Assembly: GCA_964016885.1 (NCBI GenBank) | Contig: OZ024740.1 | Coordinates: forward strand, 300,018,001 to 300,082,000 | Direction: 5' to 3' | Source of the DNA: Eledone cirrhosa | Taxonomy: Eukaryota | Length of the DNA: 64,000 nt | In this document: positions 54,081 through 64,000 of the stretch, piece after piece | How positions within the stretch are numbered: position 1 is the stretch's first letter | Layout of the letters: every line of letters starts with the position of its first letter | Notes under the pieces: generated by a model | What the model saw: the letters and a program-made list of their open reading frames with translations, nothing else | What the model was told of the DNA's origin: nothing | Database searches by the model: none | Made by a program: the position numbers and the translations under genes

Positions 54081-54122
54081 ACCACTGACGATGTTGCAGA
54101 TGTGCAACGAAATAACTTTGAT
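54081..54122 (+). ncRNA. Hammerhead-like motif (inverted repeat copy, mutated stem III)
   Basis: acca-CTGACGA-tgttgcagatgtgcaac-GAAA-taac-TT-tgat. Confidence 0.45.
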
Positions 54123-55020
54123 AGACTATATGTGTTTGTGTCTATATTGTATCTGTATTTTTGACCGTTGGTCAGTCAATGGCAATATTGAGGACCGAAT
54201 AAATTAAATTAACCGATATAAAAGACACAGAAGCGAAAACCAACCAAACAGTGAGTATGTTCTGTTATTAATTCTGGCAATATTACACACATATGACCCT
54301 CCCCAAGTATAAACAAATATATATATATATAGAGAGAGAGGGGAGAGAGAGTGAGAAAGAATGAGAAAGAGTGAGAGAGGGTGAGGAGGATGGAATTTGT
54401 GAATATGAAAAAAAATCATATATTTTTACTATAAACATTAAGGAATGAATTAACTACACATTAATCAGTTGTAATATTTATATTTTGATTACATTTATTT
54501 CATTTTTCTTTCATAAAATTAATCTCTAATCTTTCGTCAGTGTACAAAATAGTGTGCTTCATTTAATTGTTTTAGAAAAATTGTTAAAACTTCTGAAGGT
54601 GAAACGTATTATATATTATATCGCTATTAATTAAGATTTTACTCTCTATATAACAATTAGAAATAAAATAATGCATTCAGTTTGATGATTTTTGTTTTCT
54701 TTTATTACTTTTAAACATATATATTTGCGTATAACATAGAGACAATACACTAAGTGAATCAATTCTGCGTACTCTTCTTTAAACCACAACAAACATAAAT
54801 ACACCCGAGGGTGTGTAATTGCCAGAGATAGTATGATTGTATGAATCTCTGAGTCTGAATAAACAAATATATATGCGCACATGTAGATAGATAGTCATAT
54901 ATGTAAATATATTGGCATAATTATATACATACCTATACATAGACAAACATTTACACATATATATGGATATAAAAATATATCAAACGTATTCATTGTATAT
55001 ATGTCCGCACACACACATAG

Positions 55021-55095
<75 letters not shown>

Positions 55096-55151
55096 CACAT
55101 TTAAAACAAAAATATATATATATATATAAACAAACACACACACACTCACAC

Positions 55152-55189
<38 letters not shown>

Positions 55190-55762
55190 TTGTTTGTTTA
55201 TGTGAATGTAAGTAATGTAAGAGGCGGCTAAATACATAGTGAGGAATGTATATGTTTATATGCATGTATAGTAAATATTTATACGAAATATAGCCATTAG
55301 ACATAAACACTCATTACAATACATATTTTTATATCGAGTCACAGCCGTTAAATTTGTTTTCTGAATATTAATTATAATCTCGATAAAATAAAGTAACTGT
55401 GAGGTGTTCAAATTAATTATAGAGAGTGGAATAATGATTCAAAACAAAGTAATAATTATTACTAAAATGTTTTTCTCGTTTGCCACACAGGCAACAAACC
55501 ACCAAATCTTAAACACACACAAAAACAAAATGTTTCTAATGCTATGTTGTAACTAGCAATTAAAAATTATAATGGGTTTTTATCTATGCAGGTATATTTA
55601 TGTATTTATATACACATGTATGTTTGTATATGTGCCACAGTATGTATATACACACAAATGCACACACACTCACACGTGTGTATTTATATATATATATTTA
55701 TTATTATTATTGTTCTTTGAGTCTCACTGATTGATGTTATTTAATTATTATTATTACTATTA

Positions 55763-55960
55763 TTGGCAGTATCGGTAGAGGGTCGGACGCCATGCTTTCC
55801 AGCACAGTTACGTCCTTTTACGATCTGAGTTCAAAATCCGCCGAGGTTGACTTTGCCTTTCATCCTTGCGGGGTCGATAAAATAAAGTACCAGTAATGAA
55901 CTGGATAATTGCTGGCCTTGTGCCTAAAGTAGAAACAATTATTATTATTATTATAATTAT
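55763..55960 (+). mobile_element. tRNA-derived SINE, full length
   Basis: Closely matches 2227-2417. Confidence 0.85.
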
Positions 55961-56022
55961 TACAATATATATATATATATATATATGGTTGTGTGTGGGT
56001 GTATATATAGTTTAAAGTTGTG

Positions 56023-56054
<32 letters not shown>

Positions 56055-56065
56055 GGAAAAGGTAT

Positions 56066-56111
56066 GACCCCCGACGGCAGAGCTCAAGCCGTTTCGACGG
56101 CTATTTCTGGA
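56066..56111 (-). ncRNA. 3' half of the 32310-type hammerhead
   Basis: Minus strand ccagaaatagccgtcGAAAcggcttgagctctgccgTCgggggtc matches 32361-32404. Confidence 0.65.
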
Positions 56112-56437
56112 TATATGTATATTTATCTATATAACAATATATAAATACTAAACACGTATTTATGTATCCCTCCCTGTATATGTGTATATACTGCCAACAC
56201 TCCTTTTTCTTTCTATTTCTTCTTTAATTTCTTATTCTATTTTCAAATGAAGGACTAGTATTCGAAACCTTAAGACACACAATATTTACTACATCATACG
56301 TAAATCTAATATATCATTTCCTTGTACCGTGTCGTTTGCTTTGGTATTTCTGTTTGACTTTTGCATACACACACATGCGCACACACACATATATACATAT
56401 ATAAATATACACACACACTCATACATGCACACACATG

Positions 56438-56486
<49 letters not shown>

Positions 56487-56899
56487 TACCTTCCTCCTCC
56501 TCCACCTCCTCCGCTTCCTACTACTACTACCTTCACTACCGTGGTTGGTATTACTGCTGATGCTACTACCATTCTTACAATTACTGACCAAACATTTTAC
56601 TAAAGCAGAAGTGTAGATTTGAGGTGAAAGTATATCGCTCTTTCATTCATAAACTGCAATTGGCCGCAATTTCTTTAACATCTTTAAGACCTCCGAACGA
56701 TTCAAACAATGAACGCTTACACAATTGACAACGATAATTTAGTTTATTCACAGCCTTGTCAATGGGAAGGTGGTTTCTCAAAAATATACCCAAAATTAAG
56801 AGAAATAGATAGGACTCTCCTAATGCTATCAATTATTCTGAAAATATAACTGAAAAGTAGGAATGTTGAGGGAGGCTACAAGTCAGAACAATTTACCAT

Positions 56900-57068
56900 G
56901 GTGGTGGACCCATGCTTTACATCATAGAGTTACGGCCCATTACTGTCTGAGTTCATATCCTGCCGAGGTTAACTTTGCCTTTCATCCTTACAGGGTCGAT
57001 AAAATAAAGTACCAGTAATGCTCTGGGATAATTGCTTGCCTTATCCCAAAAGAAGAAACAATTATTAC
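56900..57068 (+). mobile_element. tRNA-derived SINE
   Basis: gagttcatatcctgccgaggttaactttgcctttcatccttacagggtcgataaaataaagtaccagt. Confidence 0.8.
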
Positions 57069-57074
57069 AACATA

Positions 57075-57700
57075 TCCAACATTTCTTGAATTTGATTCAT
57101 CCACTGGCATTCCATCACGTGCTAAAACGTTGCAGAGAGACTTAAAATACTTCACTTGCTTAAGCGTAGATCTACTCACATTCAAATCGCATTTCACAGG
57201 AGTTTCGCAGCAAGGATTTTCATTTTTCTTTGCAACTTTCGGCTTAAACCTCTTCAGTGCATTCGGTAGTTCACCCGCCACTGTGGTAAGTAGCACTATC
57301 TCGTCTGCAAATATCAACTCTCCTATTGTACATCTGCCATTTTGAACACCACCCTGGTTTCGCATGGCAATCCGATTCATGAATATTATGAACAGGAAGG
57401 GGGTGCAATATGCAGTCCTAGTGGTGTTTATACGCCCATATTGGATGGATTCGGCATGGAACCATTTATACGAATACAATTTTGTATAAATGGTGATACG
57501 GTGAACCCATTGAATATGAATCTAAAACTTGAGTGTCTACCAAAACAAAAAAGCACCCTCATAAAATTTACCCTACATTACATTCCTTCTATATTTTGTT
57601 GTATAACATGTTTAAAAAACATACGTGCCAGAGGAAATACAAAGTATTCAGTCTGGCCGTTTTTATGACCTCGTTAAGACCATCTTAGAAATTCCTTCGC
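57075..57700 (-). pseudogene. Decayed RTE-type RT fragment
   Basis: PFLFIIFMNRI...ELIFADEIVLL...LKQVKYFKSL (FADD and FKYLG equivalents). Confidence 0.65.
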
Positions 57701-58598
57701 GGAGATAGTGTATTGAGCGGCATGAGAATTATGGACATCAGAAGACGAGAGCAATTATTTTGTGTACCTAAATCATTGCTGGTAACTAACTCAATGCATT
57801 AACAATTCATGAGAAATACGCTTTTTTGCGACAATTGAAAATTAAAGTAGATTTTGAAGTAGATTTTTAGCAGAATCTAAATATGCCGGAGAATTAAATG
57901 AAACGCAAAGGCATATTACTAAATATGTGTTTATACGATTTCTTCCTCGGTGGAGGAAGACAGAAATGGTATTGGTACATTTTAGTATACGCTTATGGAA
58001 CACAGTACCACACTGCAAATAATCACCTGAACGTAGTGTTTATTGCAATTAATATTAATTTCTTGATAATGTGAAGAATTAAAGATGGGCAAACCCAAAA
58101 AGGACCGAACACCGCCTTTATTGAACAATATAAAATTGTATAGTTTGAGCTGTCTGCAATTGTCCGCTGTATTAAATTTAATTGGATTTAAGTTTTGCCA
58201 GATAAAATCTTCCATATATAATTATATGATCAAACATACACGGCTTACTATCGGTAATCATTTATTGAAAGAGCAAACGGTAGTAATATATATGTATATA
58301 TATATATGAATCGATGCATCGTTCCATTGCATGGCGTATTGTATTTACATTAAATATGATGTTGCTGTGAATAGTTACAGACGGGGTTTCACGCATTTTC
58401 CCAAAGGCCAATAACATCGGTCAAATATTTATCTCTTTATCTGATTAGAAAGAACTTGTATGGGGACATTCAGTTTTAATTGATAGTGTATTCAGTTTAA
58501 TTCAGGTAAATAGACATTGTTGGATATAACTGCAGACTTCCTGAAACAAGCCGTGTATATACATATATACATACACACACGTGCACGCAAACACACGC

Positions 58599-58638
<40 letters not shown>

Positions 58639-58704
58639 ATGTATGTGTGTGTATGTATGTGTGTGTGTGTGTGTATGTATGTATATACATATATATATAT
58701 ATAT

Positions 58705-59718
58705 ATATGAATAAATTTAGTCCTTCATCAGTGATCTTCCAGCCTTCATTGGTATTTCGTCGCTTTAAAGACCATATACCTCCGGTTGGTGCGAGCAACG
58801 GCTAAAGAAAGTCTTTGGGACACGTGAATAAGAGGAACGAACGAGACAGTAAACAATCAAAGATGGTAATGCAACGAAAAGTGAGGAAGAAGGAGTCAAG
58901 TCCCTGAAATCGATGAACATAAGTTCTGTGAAATCGTAGACGAGAGAGAATAAAGACCATCCGACCTTGTCAAAGTGTGCGTGAGGAAAAGAATTTCGCA
59001 CAGGTCAAACGGGAGGAAGAAGGAGAGTGAGTAGCAGAGAATGAGTGAGTGAAAGTGTGAGGAAGAGGCTAACAGAGAGAGAGTGACTGTTAGATGGGGT
59101 AAAACGAAGTAAGAGATACAGAGAAAAGGGGAAGCAGTAAGAAAGAAACAGACGGGTCAGAGCAGAGGAAATTATATATGAATATGAAAACATGGCGTGT
59201 TGCGTGGTTGCAAATGGGTTACATATGAATAAATTTAGTCCTTCATCAGTGTTCTTCCAACCTTCATTTGTATTTCATCGCTTTAAAGACCATATACCTC
59301 CGGTTGGTGCGAGCAACGGCTAAAGAAAGTCGTTGGGACACGTAAATAAGGGGAACGAGCGAGACAGTAAACAATTAAAGATAGTAATGCAACGAAAAGT
59401 GAGGAAGAAGGAGTCAAGTCCCTGAAATCGATGAACATAAGGTCTATGAAATCGTAGACGAGAGAGAATAAAGACCATCAAACTTGGTCGAAATGTGAGT
59501 AAGGAAAGAAATTCGCACAGGTCAAATGGGAGGAAGAAGGAGTCAAGTCCCTAAAATCGATGAACATAAGTTCTGTGAAATCGTAGACGAGAGAGAATAA
59601 AGACCATCCGACCTTGTCAAAGTGTGCGTGAGGAAAAGAATTTCGCACAGGTCAAACGGGAGGAAGTAGGAGAGGGAGTAGCAGAGAGTGAGTGAGTGAA
59701 AGTGTGAGGAAGAGGCTA
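58705..59718. repeat. Tandem duplication of a ~520-bp unit with an internal ~135-bp sub-duplication
   Basis: atatgaataaatttagtccttcatcagtg at 58705 and 59223; gaggaagaaggagtcaagtccct at 58883, 59401 and 59530. Confidence 0.85.
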
Positions 59719-60200
59719 TATATATATAAGATGATATCGTTCGTGCTTTTCACCGCATGCGGGCCGAAATGTTTTAAATCGGTACTCCACATTTGCGGGT
59801 GGATATGTATATTGGAAGACATAATATTTATGATTTTAAAAGCCAAAGCACCGTCTTCTCACATAATTCATTGGATAGAGCCTGTATTCCATCATCTTGC
59901 GTTAGAAGAGGCCTTGAATTACGCACCTCCTCCTGTAGTTAGCCATACGTTACAATATTCGATAGCATTTTATTATTAATTCTAGCAACATAACTAGCCC
60001 ATCTTAATTGAGAGTGCATCAATAAGCGGATTTAACTACCAGGTGACATCACACATCATGGGAAGATTGTTGCCCGGCAATCTATTGAAGGATGGAAACT
60101 GGCAGATTACAGCAGATTATGTATAAAATAAATTATGAACATGTGGCTCTGGCATTCAACATTATTACATCCCCATATATATATATTTTTTATATATATG

Positions 60201-60234
<34 letters not shown>

Positions 60235-61249
60235 GATGTGTGTGTGGGTGTGTGTATATGTATATATCTATATGTGTATGTGGGGGGGGGGGAGTGTATG
60301 TTTGCATATGTGTGTGTAACTATATTCACCCATTGGCCTTAGAATATCTATTTACTGGTACAGTAGACTGCTAATTTATAAATGTAAAATATATTTGGAA
60401 ATAGACCAGTTATGTGCGTATATTTCTCAATCTCAGCAACAATCATTCTACTAAAAGCCTGTTTATTAGCCCTGGTGATGAATTCTGCGTTTTTGTTCTT
60501 TGCGTTTTGCCTGGTACGTATATTTCCACGTCTTTTTAAGACTAATACCTGATAAGTAGGCCATTGTATATTCAACTACAAAATATCATGCACAATATTT
60601 CATCATATAGTAATATGTAGTCAGAGTGATCCGTTCCTAGCTGACGGGTACTGTGGTAGTATATATTTACCCTTATCAATGCAAATTTACATACATATCT
60701 ATACATAAATATATACATTATATAAGAGGTCATAATAAATCCTACATTAGATTACATGAAACGGTTACGCAATACTGCTTATAAATGAATTAACTCTTAT
60801 CTGCTATTACACCGTGTAACAAAAAAAAATGTTTTCTCTGTTCCTGGCTTGTATTCACTTTTATGTATTGCTTAGGTCCAAAATAAATAAAAAAAAGTGC
60901 TATTAAACAGTTAAAGTTTGAGTTTGTAAATATTCTAAGCTATTCACTAGAATTATTTGTATGCTGGATTTTACGTTGTATGTAAGTTTAATTTGCCTTT
61001 GTTAAATGATTTTTTTTATATATGTTTCAGGTTAAATTAAAATTATAAAATAAAGAGTAATACCTAAAGAAAATTATGAAAGTGTAATAAAAGGTGGATT
61101 AAAGAGATTTATTGATACTGGATTTTCGCACCCTCAATAACGGGTAAGTTGTGTTTTAAGCATTCCTCTCCAGGATGAAGCAGTGGAAGTTGGTCAAGGA
61201 GGAAGTGCAGATGACAAGTCAGAGAAGTCGACACGAACATTTCTAAGGC

Positions 61250-62228
61250 TTTTACACTCTTAGGGATGGCCTCTACTTCTGTCATGACGTGCCTGGACTG
61301 TTTGACGTTATTGGGTGCCGTTTGCGCCCAATGAGTGGCGGCTATTTATAGACAGCTCCACCACAAGTTTGAAGGTTGTCCTCCTCCACAATGGAAACAA
61401 GTTCCCGTCACTGTCCCTAGCTCATTCAGTCTGCCTGAAGGAAGTTTACTACAGTGTGAAAGTCCTCTTGGAAGCTCTGCAATACAACCAGTACAATTGG
61501 GAATTACTTGGAGACTTCAAGCTGGTGGCTTTCCTGCATGGACTCCAAGGAGGCTTTATCAAATTCAAATGCTTCCTCTGCCTTTGGGACAGCAGAGCCA
61601 CCTCTGACCACTACAAAAGAAAGAACTGGGAGCAGCGAACAGAACTTGTAGTTGGGACCCGGAACGTCATGTGGGAGCCACTGGTTGATTCCAGGATTGT
61701 GCTCATGCCGCCACTGCACATTAAGTTGGGGTTGATGAAGCAGTTTGTGAAGGCTCTCAATCAAGAATCAGCCGCTTTTAAGTACCTTCAAATTCAAGGG
61801 TGGAACTTTTATTGGACCTCAGATAAAGAAGGTGTTTGAGTCTACCGAGTTCTCCAATAAGCTCAACATGATTGAGAGAACAGCATAGAACTGTTTCAAG
61901 GCAGTTGTTAAGGTCTTCATGGGCAACTACAGAGCTGAAAACTACCAGCAACTGGTGCAGGATCTGATAAAAGCTTTTAGCGCCATGGGATGCAGGATGT
62001 CGCTTAAACTCGATATGCTGGATGCTCACATGGAATAAATTCAAGGACAATATGGGCTCCTACTCAGAAGAACAAGGCGAACGATTCCACCAAGATGTGA
62101 AAGAGATAGAGCGGAGGTACCAGGCCCACTACAATGAAAAACATGATGGGGGACTATATCTGAGGGCTAGTGCGGGAATGCGACCTGGACTACAACCACA
62201 AATCCAGGAAATCCAGTCATTTCTGACG
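61250..62228 (+). pseudogene. Chapaev3-type transposase C-terminal part, frameshifted
   Basis: WRLFIDSS..SLKVVLLHNGN, GDFK....L.GLQGG..K..CFLCLWDSR, PPLHIKLGLMKQFVKAL, GCRMSLK, SEEQGERFHQD. Confidence 0.85.
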
Positions 62229-62439
62229 TGTATAAGTTGCTTTATAAGTGTTATTTGTTTTTAATAGTTTGCTTTTGATAAGGTTGTGTAATAAAATAAA
62301 TATATACTCTGTTGATTTAATTATATGTACTGATAAAATATTTTTAAATGTGTTTTTTCTTGAAAAATATGAAAATTTCGAAATATCAAACTCCCGACCA
62401 CAAACCCAATCTTCTGATTAAATAATAATGTTTTTTTTT

Positions 62440-62621
62440 AAATAATTGTTTCTACTTTAGGCACAAGGCCAGCAATTATCCAGTTCATTACTGGTACTTT
62501 ATTTTATCGACCCCGTAAGGATGAAAGGCAAAGTTAACCTCGGCGGGATTTGAACTCAGATCGTAAAGGGACGTAACTATGCTGGAAAGCATGGCGTCCA
62601 ACCCTCTACCGATACTGCCAA
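62440..62621 (-). mobile_element. tRNA-derived SINE nested in the transposon
   Basis: Reverse complement of the SINE consensus. Confidence 0.85.
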
Positions 62622-64000
62622 TCCACCGCCCTTTTTTATAAATAATAATGGGATATAACAAATAACAAACCACGAACTGACACTTTGAACCGGGGAACAA
62701 AAAAAATATGTTACACGGTGTTATCGTAAGTAAACATTTCGGAAACTTAGGTAAGCAACTTAAATATATATCAGGCGATAATTAAGAATATCTGAATTAA
62801 TGTTTTTTAATGGTGGATAGTTTATGTTACTTTATCATGTATCTTATTCTTTTGTACGATTTACTGGAGTCCACATTACATGCAAACTGGGTTATTCTAC
62901 ACAATGAGACAAATACAGAGTTATTACAGTGAAGAAAAAAGGGGTTTAGTTTATATAGATGTTTATCTGTGAATTGATTCAACACGAAAAAAGCATATTT
63001 TACAACTGGAATACGCTGAGGTTACACACTGTTCAAGCAATTACACTTGAAATAAAATCGACAAATCTAGGAATACTAAAATGAATACGAAAACGAATGT
63101 ATAGAATACAAAATAAAATACATATAGAAACAAAGAGACATACAAATACAAACACCGACAAATGTATACGTACGTATTAATATAAACTTATTTACAAAAC
63201 AGGCATATACGTGGAAATGGTGTAGATTCACATAATCTGGCAAGAATATCGTAAACGATTAAAAAAATACATAATTACAGAAAATGAATAAGCAGAGAAT
63301 TTCGTTGTAAGTGTGATATAACTAATAGTAAAATGGTGATAATAATAATTTTAAAAAAATGATATGGAAACGATCAGGCGGTATATTGCAGAATCGTTAA
63401 AGCGGCGGTATTCATCCAGGCTCTCAGCTCCCTGACTCCAAATCCTTCTGAGGTCAAATTTGCCTTTCATGTGTTCAAATTCAACATTCGAAATACTAGT
63501 CCTGTACTGTAATTGTTTTTTTCTTCTGCCCACCCCTCACTCTCTCTCTCTCTATCATTCTCTCTCTCGCTCTCTCTTTCTGTACCTATCTATCCATCTA
63601 TCTATCTTCATACATGGAGTAGAATGTGTTCTGTCAACATAACATGCAAATGACATATATGTATCTACATAATTAAGGTAACTTCGACTAAATATTGAAT
63701 TAAGGGACGATGACATAAAACCAAGTAAGCCGATTTCGTAGATTGAAAAACTGAAACACATTTTTCACTAAATAATAGGTTTTATTTGCGTATACCTTTA
63801 CGGTATGTACATGCGATCGTGTGTATGTGTGGTTATCCGTGTGTGTGTATCTGCATGTGTATTTCTACACACTCGCGTGTATGTCGACGCTTGTCACTAG
63901 TTTTATCCGTGCGGGGATCGAACCGGAAGAGTTGGAGACGGTGAGTTTGAAGGAGTGTTTGAAGCCTCTAACCCTACCAGATTCTCAGGAAGAAGAAGAA

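Larger units (their letters stand above)
49519..54310 (-). mobile_element. Penelope-like element (RT + GIY-YIG) with ~545-bp inverted terminal repeats and a candidate 10-bp TSD
   Basis: ORF pieces ~50060-53654: LQLPPKFA, PTDKSGR, LYGLRKDHK, GAAIG, RYVDDIN, LPVLD, YVGETARSIG; repeats at 49519-50065 / 53775-54310; AAACAAATAT at 49509-49518 and 54311-54320. Confidence 0.92.
60810..62720 (+). mobile_element. Chapaev3-type (CMC) DNA transposon, internally deleted
   Basis: Termini caccgtgtaaca / tgttacacggtg with TTA on both sides (60807-60809, 62721-62723); transposase remnants inside. Confidence 0.85.

Overview
AT-rich, microsatellite-saturated animal DNA with no recognisable host gene exon. It is probably intergenic or intronic; a cephalopod (octopus-like) origin is inferred from the SINE type and repeat landscape and is not proven. 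Almost all short ORFs in the track are microsatellite artefacts. The mobile elements are: a near full-length R4/Dong-type RLE retrotransposon in a (TAA)n tract; three decayed Penelope-like elements (PLEs; one Naiad-like, two related RT+GIY-YIG copies), each with inverted terminal repeats; L1/Tx1 and RTE fragments; a tRNA-derived SINE family; an RTE-derived bipartite non-autonomous element (3 copies); Helitron ends; and a Chapaev3-type DNA transposon with TIRs and a TTA TSD. The main hidden signal is non-coding. About 20 type I hammerhead ribozyme motifs (intact, partial or degenerate) from at least eight sequence families can be read by eye. They include a ~437-bp retrozyme-like tandem/inverted repeat with an octamer motif a fixed 88-89 nt upstream of the ribozyme core, one insertion of which is flanked by a 14-bp TSD. 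Three unrelated families use the compensatory U3-A8 core variant (UUGAUAA), which canonical CUGANGA searches miss. All structures were folded by eye and none has been tested.
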